Part shown: positions 47,550 through 56,471 of the stretch, piece by piece
How the letters are laid out: each line of letters opens with the position of its first letter
Position numbering within the stretch: position 1 is the stretch's first letter
Assembly: GCA_016176525.1 (NCBI GenBank)
Contig: JACOWZ010000003.1
Span: 256,001 to 320,000 of the forward strand
Source: Candidatus Colwellbacteria bacterium
Lineage (GTDB): Bacteria; Patescibacteriota; Minisyncoccia; UBA6257; Colwellbacteraceae
DNA: 64,000 nucleotides
Direction: 5' to 3'
Translations under genes and position numbers: made by a program
Notes under the pieces: model-generated
What the model was told of the DNA's origin: nothing
Databases searched by the model: none
The model's input: the letters and a program-made list of their open reading frames with translations, nothing else

Positions 47550-48470
47550 ATGTACGATTTGATAATTATAGGCGCCGGGCCGGGTGGTGTCGCCGCAGGC
47601 ATTTACGCTGCACGCAAGAAGATTAAAGTTGCACTTATTGCAGAGAGTTTTGGTGGGCAATCTTTGGTCTCCGCTGATGTTCAAAACTGGATTGGCACAA
47701 AGTCTGTTTCTGGCTATGACTTCGGCAAAATGCTAGAAGAGCATCTTAAAGCATATAAAGACGATATAGAAATTATTGAAGGTGAAAGAGTAAACGGTGT
47801 TGAAAAACTTGATAGTGGTTTTAAGGTTAAAACTAACGCCGGCAAAGCATTAGAAACCAAGGCAGTTTTGGTTTTATCCGGAAGTCGGCGCAGAAAACTT
47901 GGCGTGCCAGGGGAGAAAGAACTGGATGGAAGGGGCTTGGCATATTGCTCTATTTGCGATGCGCCGCTTTTTGGGGGTAAGGATGTTGCTGTTATTGGCG
48001 GCGGAAATGCCGGATTAGAGGCAGTGCTAGATTTAGACCCGTATGCAAAGAAAATTTATTTGCTTGAATACAGTGATTCTTTAAAAGGGGATCCTGTTAC
48101 GCAGGAAAAAATTAAGAAAAACTCGAAGGTAGAAGTTTGGACCAATATTAAAACAACAGAAATTTTTGGGGACAAATTTGTTGAAGGCATAAAGTATGAA
48201 GATTTAAAGACTGGGGACAAAAAAGAGTTGAAACTAGGGGGAGTGTTTGTAGAAATAGGCGCTATTCCAAACACAGAGTTTGTTAAAGATTTAGTTGCTA
48301 CAAACAAGTATGGTGAGATAGTTGTTGACCACAAAACACAGCGCGCGTCCGTGGAGGGCATTTGGGCGGCGGGGGACGCCTCCGATGTGCTCTACAAACA
48401 AAACAACATCTCTGCTGGAGATGCTATAAAGGCAGTCTTAAATATTTACGACTATTTAAGTAAGTTATAA
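47550..48470 (+). CDS. trxB: Thioredoxin reductase / AhpF-like FAD-dependent oxidoreductase
   Basis: IIGAGPGG, YCSICD, GGGNAG, GIWAAGD. Confidence 0.85.
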   Translation: MYDLIIIGAGPGGVAAGIYAARKKIKVALIAESFGGQSLVSADVQNWIGTKSVSGYDFGKMLEEHLKAYKDDIEIIEGERVNGVEKLDSGFKVKTNAGKALETKAVLVLSGSRRRKLGVPGEKELDGRGLAYCSICDAPLFGGKDVAVIGGGNAGLEAVLDLDPYAKKIYLLEYSDSLKGDPVTQEKIKKNSKVEVWTNIKTTEIFGDKFVEGIKYEDLKTGDKKELKLGGVFVEIGAIPNTEFVKDLVATNKYGEIVVDHKTQRASVEGIWAAGDASDVLYKQNNISAGDAIKAVLNIYDYLSKL

Positions 48471-48473
48471 GCC

Positions 48474-48562
48474 CTAAGTCTTAATTTCTAATCAAGATCT
48501 AATCTCTTAAGACTTAAGTAAGTAAAACTTCAATAGAACTTAAAAATTAGAACTTAGAAATT
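48474..48562. repeat. Gene-less palindromic heptamer-repeat element
   Basis: CTAAGTCTTAATTTCTAATCAAG (22/23 to 14761-14783) ... AAATTAGAACTTAG (identical to 15190-15203). Confidence 0.75.
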
Positions 48563-49468
48563 ATGTCTCTATGGTATAAGGTTGCCGCCGGTTTGCTTGC
48601 GAGCATGTTTTCTTTGTATGTGCTTTTTGGCCTTGCTATGCCGGCGGATGATTATCTTACTGCTTCTCTTTTTGGCCCCGCCGAGGATTTACAGTCTAGT
48701 ATTAGTGATGAAAGTTTAGACGAGGGTGTTATGATTAATCATAACACCGAGAATTTATCTGTTCAGCCACCTACACCTCCACCTTCTGCGCTAGCACCTC
48801 TTCCACCGCCGGTTTTTTGTCTAAACGGAAACACTGTTGCGTCTAATTGCACAGTTGTTCTTGTGCCGCCTACACCCCTGCCTCAAACTCAACCAACCAC
48901 TCCGCCACCAGTGCCAGTGCCTCCTCCGGTGCCATCGTCTCTTTCACCTCTATTATCACCACCTACCTCTGTATCCAATGAAACTATGATTAATCATAGT
49001 TACGGCGAAAAATGGTATGTAAGCTCGCACCCCTCTGCAAAATATTATTACTGCGAAGAGAGCGATGGATGGAAGAATTTATCAAAAGATTATTTGCAAG
49101 TTTATGATTCCGAGGAGGAATTACTTGAAGATTTTCCAAACCATACATTACACGGTTCGTGCGCTGGTGGCGAAGATGAATCAAAAGCCGAAATTGAAGC
49201 AGAAGTTTCTATAGAACAAAGCAGCGAGCCGGCTGCAGAGCAAGAACAAGGTGTACAAATTGAATGTATTGATATAAATTCTGCTACCAAAGAAGAGTTA
49301 ATGGATATTAAATGGTTAGGCGGACAAGGTATAATAGCGCAAAAAGTGATAGATTCTAGAGAAACTGAAGGTCCGTTTGCGTCAATTGATGATTTAACTC
49401 GTGTGAGTGGTATAGGCGACTCTAAACTTGATGATATTAAACAACAGGGTCTAGCTTGTGTACAATAG
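48563..49468 (+). CDS. comEA: ComEA-like helix-hairpin-helix DNA-binding protein with TM anchor and Pro-rich linker
   Basis: IDINSATKEEL..AQKVIDSRETEGPFASIDDLTRVSGIG. Confidence 0.8.
   Translation: MSLWYKVAAGLLASMFSLYVLFGLAMPADDYLTASLFGPAEDLQSSISDESLDEGVMINHNTENLSVQPPTPPPSALAPLPPPVFCLNGNTVASNCTVVLVPPTPLPQTQPTTPPPVPVPPPVPSSLSPLLSPPTSVSNETMINHSYGEKWYVSSHPSAKYYYCEESDGWKNLSKDYLQVYDSEEELLEDFPNHTLHGSCAGGEDESKAEIEAEVSIEQSSEPAAEQEQGVQIECIDINSATKEELMDIKWLGGQGIIAQKVIDSRETEGPFASIDDLTRVSGIGDSKLDDIKQQGLACVQ
48725..48748. repeat. 24-bp perfect palindrome in frame in comEA
   Basis: GGTGTTATGATTAATCATAACACC. Confidence 0.8.
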
Positions 49469-49473
49469 AGAGG

Positions 49474-50652
49474 ATGAGAATAGGGTTATTTACAGACAGT
49501 TATTTGCCTATGCGGCATGGTGTGCAGGCGCATATTGATTCTCTGCGCGAAGGTTTGCAGCAGCTTGGCCACGAGGTTTATATTTATGCGCCGCGTGTGC
49601 CGGGCTATAAAGACGAAACGCAAAATATATTTAGGTTGAGTTCGTTTCGCGTTATAAAGAAACCGGATATGCGCATTGCTTTGCCGCACATAAAAGACGC
49701 CCATATACGCGATATTGTAAAAATGCCGCTTGATATTGTGCATACACATTCGCCTTTTAGTATCGGCTTTTTGGGTGAATATATTGCAAAGAAGCAGAAA
49801 ATCCCAATGTTTTATACGCACCACACAGACTACACACACTATGCAAGCGTTTATATGAAAGAAAAAGTGTTTTTGCCGCGTTTTGCAAAAAAATATATTA
49901 AGTGGTTTGCGGACAAAAGCACTGCGGTTATAGCGCCTTCGGAAAAGGTTAGGCAGATGCTTGTAAGTTATAATGTGACATCGCCGATACATATCTTACC
50001 CAGCGGCATAAATTGCAAAGAGTTTGTTTTGGACGAAGGCGATATAGCCAAAACCAAGGAGCTTAAAAAACGGCTTGGGTTTGGTATAGAGAACAAAATA
50101 ATTTTGTATTTTGGCAGAATAGGAGCAGAGAAAAATATAGATTTCTTGATTAAATCTTTCTCTGTGGTACAAGAAAAAATGCCACAGACAAGGTTTGTTG
50201 TTGCAGGTGATGGAAGTTATTTAAAGCATTTGCGCGCGCTTGCAAAAAAGCTTGGGCTGCAAGAAAAAGTGGTTTTTACGGGTTTTGTGCCCGAAGAAGA
50301 GAAAAAACTGTATTACGGCATGGCAGATGCTTTTGTATTCGCATCGCACACAGAAACACAGGGTTTGGTTATATTAGAAGCGCTCGCTAGCGGATTGCCG
50401 GTTGTTGCATTGCGCGATTCTGCAATAGAAGCTGCGGTTGCAGATGGCATAAGTGGTTTTCTCGTTGAGGGTGGTGAAACTGATTTTGCGGACAAGGTTT
50501 TACAAGTGCTAAAAAATCTAGAGCTTGCAGTAAGGTTGCGTGCGGGTGCGAAGCAAACTGCATTAAATTTTGATGAAAAGAACTCCACTCTAAAGATGTT
50601 ACAACTCTACGAGAATTATCGCGTGAGTTCTACTGTTCCAATTCAGAGTTAG
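49474..50652 (+). CDS. Glycosyltransferase family 4 (diacylglycerol glucosyltransferase-like)
   Basis: FTDSYLP..GV, HTHSPF, GRIGAEKN, ETQGLVILEA. Confidence 0.88.
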   Translation: MRIGLFTDSYLPMRHGVQAHIDSLREGLQQLGHEVYIYAPRVPGYKDETQNIFRLSSFRVIKKPDMRIALPHIKDAHIRDIVKMPLDIVHTHSPFSIGFLGEYIAKKQKIPMFYTHHTDYTHYASVYMKEKVFLPRFAKKYIKWFADKSTAVIAPSEKVRQMLVSYNVTSPIHILPSGINCKEFVLDEGDIAKTKELKKRLGFGIENKIILYFGRIGAEKNIDFLIKSFSVVQEKMPQTRFVVAGDGSYLKHLRALAKKLGLQEKVVFTGFVPEEEKKLYYGMADAFVFASHTETQGLVILEALASGLPVVALRDSAIEAAVADGISGFLVEGGETDFADKVLQVLKNLELAVRLRAGAKQTALNFDEKNSTLKMLQLYENYRVSSTVPIQS

Positions 50653-50660
50653 GTGATAGA

Positions 50661-51410
50661 ATGGGCTCTATGATTTCTGTAATAATACCCACATTAAACG
50701 AGGAAAAATTTGTAGGCGGCATTTTGTCTGACTTAACTTCGCAATTATACAAAGACTTTGAGGTTATTGTGGCGGATTCTAAGTCCGAAGACCGCACACG
50801 TGAGGTTGTTAAGTCGTTTGAGGATAAGCTTAATGTAAAACTGGTTTTAGGCGATGCACGGGGGGTTGCGCTTGCGCGCAACCATGGCGCGGATGCTGCG
50901 AGCGGAGAGTGGCTTCTGTTTCTTGATGCCGATGTAAGAATTGGGCCAAATTTTCTAGAACGTTTTATAGTAGGGGCCAAAAAAAAGGGATTGGACGCCG
51001 CTTCTGCATACACTAAACCGCTGGATAAAAAGCTTATTTATAAGCTCGGCAACTGGCTTACTATGCGCTATATGCTTAGTTTCCAGCGTTCAAAATCTCC
51101 AATGGCTGGCGGCTATTGCATATTGGTTAAGAAAGTAATTCATCAGAAAATAGGCGGGTTTGACCCTAAACTAAAGTTGGCGGAGGACCATGACTATCTA
51201 ACAAGAGCCGTTAAAGCCGGGGCAAAATTTAGATATGTTAAGAGTGCCAGAATTGGCGTATCTATGCGCAGGTTTGAAGAAAAGGGAAGGTTTAAGTTGG
51301 CTTTTGATTACATTAAGTCCGAAATCTACAGGTTTGCGCATAAGGGCAGAATAGAGAAAGAAATAGTTAAGTACGAATTTGGAGGCCACGGTGAGAACAA
51401 TAAGAATTAA
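50661..51410 (+). CDS. Glycosyltransferase family 2
   Basis: ISVIIPTLNEE, FLDAD, AEDHDY, SMRRF. Confidence 0.9.
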   Translation: MGSMISVIIPTLNEEKFVGGILSDLTSQLYKDFEVIVADSKSEDRTREVVKSFEDKLNVKLVLGDARGVALARNHGADAASGEWLLFLDADVRIGPNFLERFIVGAKKKGLDAASAYTKPLDKKLIYKLGNWLTMRYMLSFQRSKSPMAGGYCILVKKVIHQKIGGFDPKLKLAEDHDYLTRAVKAGAKFRYVKSARIGVSMRRFEEKGRFKLAFDYIKSEIYRFAHKGRIEKEIVKYEFGGHGENNKN

Positions 51411-51413
51411 ATT

Positions 51414-51887
51414 GTGGTTGCAATTCTCCATAATATAAGAAGTCTCCATAATGTCGGCTCTATCTTCCGTACTGCAGATGGCGCCGGCGTAAAAAAGCTC
51501 TATCTGACAGGCTACACTCCCTCTCCGGTGGATAAATTTGGCAAAAAGATACCACAACTTACAAAAGTTTCACTCGGCGCCGAAGATAGTGTTGAATGGG
51601 AGAAAGTTTCTAATATCAGCTTTCTAATATCCCACCTAAAGCGCGATGGCTACAAAATCTATGCCGTAGAACAGTCCCCGCGCTCAATTCCCTATAATTC
51701 TAAAGGTGTTATGACGCATCATAACACCGCTAAGAAACTCGTTTTAGTTTTTGGTAATGAGGTGAGAGGATTATCTAAGGCGATACTCAAAAAATGCGAC
51801 AAAATCTTGGAAATCCCAATGCGCGGCAAGAAAGAATCCCTAAACGTATCTGTCGCGTTTGGAATAGTGGTTTATGGTATAATGTAG
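51414..51887 (+). CDS. SpoU/TrmH-family RNA methyltransferase
   Basis: NIRSLHNVGSIFRTAD, FGNEVRG, EIPMRGKKESLNVSVA. Confidence 0.92.
   Translation: MVAILHNIRSLHNVGSIFRTADGAGVKKLYLTGYTPSPVDKFGKKIPQLTKVSLGAEDSVEWEKVSNISFLISHLKRDGYKIYAVEQSPRSIPYNSKGVMTHHNTAKKLVLVFGNEVRGLSKAILKKCDKILEIPMRGKKESLNVSVAFGIVVYGIM
51705..51728. repeat. Palindrome of the same family, in frame in the TrmH-like gene
   Basis: GGTGTTATGA-CGCA-TCATAACACC. Confidence 0.8.
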
Positions 51888-51941
51888 TTGTAGCGAGTGG
51901 AAATATTATCTACTCGTTTTTTAAATCTCAATAATTCAATT

Positions 51942-53243
51942 ATGGCTTTAAAAAGCAAAAGCGAGAAGCCTGCTATAGGTATTTTTCATTACTCCAGCCC
52001 GCCTAATACATCCGGGGTTGATGTTATTATAAGAGACCAAGCCAGATTTTTTAGGCAATATGGCTACAAAGTTTTTATAGTTGCAGGCGTTGGCAGGCAG
52101 TTCCGTAAAGATATACCCGTGCATATTATAAAGCGCATGAATCCGCGCCACCCGTTTGTTTTTCCTTTATTTGAGGAGTTAAGAAAAGGGATTGTTTCGC
52201 GCGAGTTTAAACAATTTGAGCGCAGCCTTTTTAACCAAATTAAGAACTATATTGTTAAAAACGACATAAAAGTTTGTATACTGCACAATTTATTTACGAG
52301 GCCGTATAACCCGGCGCTTGCTTCCGCGCTTGCGCGTTTGGTGCAAAAAATGCCGGAGGTTAAGTTTATCTCGTGGGTGCACGACACGGTTTTTTATGAG
52401 GAGCCAAATTCTGTGCTCGGCAAAGAGCTTGCGGATGTTTATCCATGGAAGCTATTTGCTAAACCTATCCCGGGGATAATATATATATGTGTTTCGCACT
52501 ACCTAAAAGGCAATTTACTTAAGGCTTTCGGTGAAAATTCCGGCGCGCGCATTGAGGTTATACCAAACGGCCACGACGTTGAAAAATTTTGGGGGCTTAG
52601 CCCAGTAATTAGGGCGTTGTACAAAGATATAGATGGTCTAGGTAGCGAGCTTATAGGTGTTGTGCCGGTTAGAGCAATCCCTAGAAAGAATCTTGAGCTT
52701 GCGCTTAATATTACCAAAGCGATGAACGACCATGGCACGGATTTTAAACTGCTTTTAACCGCAAAAATGGACTACAAACGGCAGATTAACATGGATTATT
52801 ACAAAAAACTAAAGCAGTTAGTAAAAGATTTAAAAATAAAAGATAAAGTTTTCTTTTTGTCTGAATATTTTGATAAGTTTTCTGATGAGAAAACCGGTGT
52901 TCCGGATATCGCGATTTCGGAGTTATACACCATATCTGACCTTTTGCTTTTAACGAGTAAAATGGAGGGTTTTGGTTTGCCGTTATTGGAGGCGGGCTTG
53001 ATGCGTTGCCCAATATTTGCGGCCGATATCCCGCCTCTGCGCGAGATAGGCACTACTAACATTAACTATTTTAACCTTGAAATGTCCTCATCAGAGATAG
53101 CGGACTTTATTTTGGAAAATATAAGAAGAATGCCGCAGGCATATTTCTACAGAAAAATTATAAAGAGATATTCCCTGCGTGGTATTTTTGAGAAGAGCGT
53201 CTTGCCGCTGGTAAACGAGAGTAATGCCAAGACAAAGGAATAA
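51942..53243 (+). CDS. Glycosyltransferase family 4 (alternative GTG start 51897)
   Basis: HYSSPP..GV, PVRAIPRKNLE, EGFGLPLLEA. Confidence 0.82.
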   Translation: MALKSKSEKPAIGIFHYSSPPNTSGVDVIIRDQARFFRQYGYKVFIVAGVGRQFRKDIPVHIIKRMNPRHPFVFPLFEELRKGIVSREFKQFERSLFNQIKNYIVKNDIKVCILHNLFTRPYNPALASALARLVQKMPEVKFISWVHDTVFYEEPNSVLGKELADVYPWKLFAKPIPGIIYICVSHYLKGNLLKAFGENSGARIEVIPNGHDVEKFWGLSPVIRALYKDIDGLGSELIGVVPVRAIPRKNLELALNITKAMNDHGTDFKLLLTAKMDYKRQINMDYYKKLKQLVKDLKIKDKVFFLSEYFDKFSDEKTGVPDIAISELYTISDLLLLTSKMEGFGLPLLEAGLMRCPIFAADIPPLREIGTTNINYFNLEMSSSEIADFILENIRRMPQAYFYRKIIKRYSLRGIFEKSVLPLVNESNAKTKE

Positions 53244-54351
53244 ATATCTTTTTATTGCAATGGGCCCTGGCGAAACTAGCCAGGCAAGGGCTCTTGCCAC
53301 GTATATTGCAGAGCAAGGCGAAGATGTTTATTTTGGCGTCAGACAAAAGGCAAATCTATGGTTTATTGAGTTAAACGGAACCCGCTTTAAACGCATTTTT
53401 ATAGCGCCCACCGCGGATAGATTTGCGAAAATCGCGCGCAGAATTAAGCCTGATGTTATAGTATTTTGCAATTCTAAAATATGGGAGCCTGATGAAAAAT
53501 TTCATCAGGCGCCGATATTTCCTGGCGCGATTAATGTTTGTTTAGACTCTAACTGGCTTTTTAACAAGAAGTTGTACCCGCCGAAGTTTAAATTTATATC
53601 TTGGGCTGACAAATATTTTATAACGTTTCCAAAACGAGTGTTCGAAAACGGCCTAAAGAAAAATGGCGGAGGGTTTGTTATAGGGCGCGAGATGAGAGAC
53701 AAAATCTTGCCAGTCGGCTTTATACCCTCTTACTCTTTAAGTGGTGCGCCAAGAGGCAACAAGGCAAGAGTCAGGCGCAAGTACAAAATTAAGCCTGGGG
53801 AGAAATTTATATTTTCTTACTTTAGCGGGCATGGCGCCACTCACCGAGTTTGGGCGTTTTATAATCTAATAAAGGCTGTAGATAAACTTATAAGCGAGGA
53901 TAAAAAAATTAAGGTTTTGTATGTTGGCAGAACTGATGATTTAGATCCGGAAATGTTACAGAGGCCTTGGCTTATAGCACCGGGCAGTATTGAGGCGGGA
54001 GATGAGTTTTTTTTAACGCTTGCTGCATCGGATTTGGTTTTTCAGCACCAAGGTTTAGCGACTTTATCGCAGGCGATTTCCGCAAGAGTGCCTGTTATAG
54101 CCAATATTGCTTACTTAAAGGACAAACCCTTACCGAGAATTCATTTTTGGGAAGTAGGCCCGTTTGAAAAGGCCGGCGTTTGCAAAATTCTTACAAAAAG
54201 CACGCTGACTGAAAAAGTTGCTTCAGAGATCAAAGCATTGCTTTACGATAAAAAGCAAATAAATGCAATTAAAACAAGACAACAGAAACTTTATGAAAGC
54301 GGAGAGAAGGAAGCTTATAGTATAATTAAAGGATTATTGGAAAAGAAGTGA
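53224..54351 (+). CDS. Putative GT-B fold glycosyltransferase
   Basis: MGPGE N-terminus, LAASDLVFQHQGLATLSQAI..VPVI; located in a GT cluster. Confidence 0.55.
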   Translation: MPRQRNKYLFIAMGPGETSQARALATYIAEQGEDVYFGVRQKANLWFIELNGTRFKRIFIAPTADRFAKIARRIKPDVIVFCNSKIWEPDEKFHQAPIFPGAINVCLDSNWLFNKKLYPPKFKFISWADKYFITFPKRVFENGLKKNGGGFVIGREMRDKILPVGFIPSYSLSGAPRGNKARVRRKYKIKPGEKFIFSYFSGHGATHRVWAFYNLIKAVDKLISEDKKIKVLYVGRTDDLDPEMLQRPWLIAPGSIEAGDEFFLTLAASDLVFQHQGLATLSQAISARVPVIANIAYLKDKPLPRIHFWEVGPFEKAGVCKILTKSTLTEKVASEIKALLYDKKQINAIKTRQQKLYESGEKEAYSIIKGLLEKK

Positions 54352-55421
54352 GAAAACTTAGAATAGGACAAACCGGCCCGCTATTTTTCCCCGTTCCGCC
54401 TCCGAAATATGGAGGCGTAGAAAAGATTGTCTATTCGCTTTGTGAAAATTTAACAGATAAAGGGCACAAGGTTTTTCTTTTTGATACTGAAGATTCGAAA
54501 ACAAGAGCGCAGCTGGTTCCGGTAATTAAAAAAAGTTTATATAGATTTACAAAACCAGTGGAATATACTCCTTATTTTGCTTACGAAATGGCCTTGATTG
54601 CCAGAAAGGCAAAGGAGCTAAAGCTTGATGTTATCCATGACCATTTGGGGCCCTCATCACTCTCTCTTTATGGGCACCTAGATATTCCCATAATACACAC
54701 ACTGCATGTTCCGTTTAAGAAAGAGGGCAGGGCTTGGGCGTATGAAAAGCTGAATTCAAAATTGGTTTCTATTTCTCTTGCTCAGAGAAAATTAGCCCCT
54801 TATTTAAATTATGTTGCGAATATTTATAACGGAATAGATGTTGAAAATTATCCTTTTGGCCACAAGCCAGAAAATTATTTTGTCTGGGTGGGAGAATTGT
54901 CACCAAGAAAAGGAATTAAGGAAGTTATTAAAATTGCTAAAATACTTAAAATAAAATTGGTTATAATAGGCAGAATTCCACCACCCAGTCAGCCAGACGA
55001 TTATGCTTTCTTTAAAAAGTATATTTCTCCGGATCTAAATAAGGGAAATATTATTTATATTGGAGAGAAGTCTTCGGAGCAATTAAAAAGAATTTACAAG
55101 AAAGCTATAGCTTTCTTGTTCCCTTTGCAATGGGAAGAGCCTTTTGGCTTAACAATGATAGAAGCTCTGGCCTGCGGGACGCCTGTCGTTGCTTTTAAGA
55201 GGGGTTCGGTCCCAGAGATATTGAAAAATGGTAAAACCGGATTTATTGTTCCGCCTTTTAAGAATAATAAGGTAAATTATCAAGGATTTATCGAAGCAAT
55301 AAGAGATATTGGCAAGATTTCGCGCGCGGATTGCAGAAAGTGGGCAGAGGATAATTTTACTGCTGTAAGAATGATAGACGAATATGAAAAATTATATTAC
55401 AAAATCCTCTCAAAATCTTAA
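54348..55421 (+). CDS. Glycosyltransferase family 4
   Basis: PVPPPKYGGVE, WEEPFGLTMIEALACGTPV. Confidence 0.9.
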   Translation: MRKLRIGQTGPLFFPVPPPKYGGVEKIVYSLCENLTDKGHKVFLFDTEDSKTRAQLVPVIKKSLYRFTKPVEYTPYFAYEMALIARKAKELKLDVIHDHLGPSSLSLYGHLDIPIIHTLHVPFKKEGRAWAYEKLNSKLVSISLAQRKLAPYLNYVANIYNGIDVENYPFGHKPENYFVWVGELSPRKGIKEVIKIAKILKIKLVIIGRIPPPSQPDDYAFFKKYISPDLNKGNIIYIGEKSSEQLKRIYKKAIAFLFPLQWEEPFGLTMIEALACGTPVVAFKRGSVPEILKNGKTGFIVPPFKNNKVNYQGFIEAIRDIGKISRADCRKWAEDNFTAVRMIDEYEKLYYKILSKS

Positions 55422-56466
55422 AATTATAATTCTTTCCGACCAGCCGAAAGAGAGAATTAGCGGACCCAATGTTGTTATATCTAATATTTTTCCATTCTTG
55501 GAAAAACATCTAGATATAAAATGGAAAGTTACTCCGGCACTTGGTTTATATAAGATAAAAGGAGTCCCTCATTCTGTAAAAGCTGTTTTGTTTAGTGTTT
55601 TTTCTTTTTTTTGCCTCTTATTTGATAAAGAAATAAGAGATTCTCAAATTATAAATGGCCATGGGGTTAGTTCTTGGTTGATTACAATTTGGCTCTCGAA
55701 AATCTTTAAAAAGATATCCATAATTACTTCTCATGAGGTTTATGAATACACGAAACTTCCATGGTTCTTCGGCGGAAAGAAACTAGCTAAGTGGGTTTGG
55801 AATTACACTATGAAAAATGCCCAATATATTATTGATGTTAGCGGTACTATAAAATCTGAGAAAGCTTATTTTATTCCAAATGGGGTTGATATTAAGAAAT
55901 TTGCACCCGGAAAAGTTAAAATAAAAAAAGACAAAAAAACTGTTTTATTTGTTGGAAGATTATCTCCAGAAAAAGGGATTGAATATTATTTAGAGGCGTC
56001 CCAGATTATTAAGCATAGGCTTGGAGAAGGAGTGGGATTTGCGGCAGTTACTAATCTTAGTACGAAAACAAAAGATAAATTAAGAATAATGGATTTGATA
56101 CGAAAAAGCGGTGTTAATCTTATACCTGGGGCATTAAACATGCCGGAAATCTATCGAAAAGCGGATGTTTTTGTCTTGCCGTCTATTTCCGAAGCTTTTG
56201 GCCTTGTAAATCTGGAAGCAATGGCATCTGGTGTGCCGGTAGTTGCAACTAATGTTGGGGGGGTGCCTAATGTTGTGAAAGACGGCGTAGTTGGTTTTTT
56301 GGTGCCGCCTAAAGATTCACAAGCTATTGCTCAAGCAGTCATAAAAATTTTAGAGGATGACCAGTTAAGAGAAAAAATGAGAGAAAATTGTTTAGCTTGG
56401 GTGAAAAATTTTACTTGGGATAAAATTGCTAAACAATATTTAGAATTTTATCAGAAAGTTATCTAA
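55384..56466 (+). CDS. Glycosyltransferase family 4
   Basis: IPNGVD, VGRLSPEKG, EAFGLVNLEAMASG. Confidence 0.88.
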   Translation: MKNYITKSSQNLKIIILSDQPKERISGPNVVISNIFPFLEKHLDIKWKVTPALGLYKIKGVPHSVKAVLFSVFSFFCLLFDKEIRDSQIINGHGVSSWLITIWLSKIFKKISIITSHEVYEYTKLPWFFGGKKLAKWVWNYTMKNAQYIIDVSGTIKSEKAYFIPNGVDIKKFAPGKVKIKKDKKTVLFVGRLSPEKGIEYYLEASQIIKHRLGEGVGFAAVTNLSTKTKDKLRIMDLIRKSGVNLIPGALNMPEIYRKADVFVLPSISEAFGLVNLEAMASGVPVVATNVGGVPNVVKDGVVGFLVPPKDSQAIAQAVIKILEDDQLREKMRENCLAWVKNFTWDKIAKQYLEFYQKVI

Positions 56467-56471
56467 AAAAA

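Noticed and set aside
50627-50661. Weak hairpin TTCTA..TAGAA between two GT genes
   Set aside because: Stem is short and mismatched, with no second copy in the window
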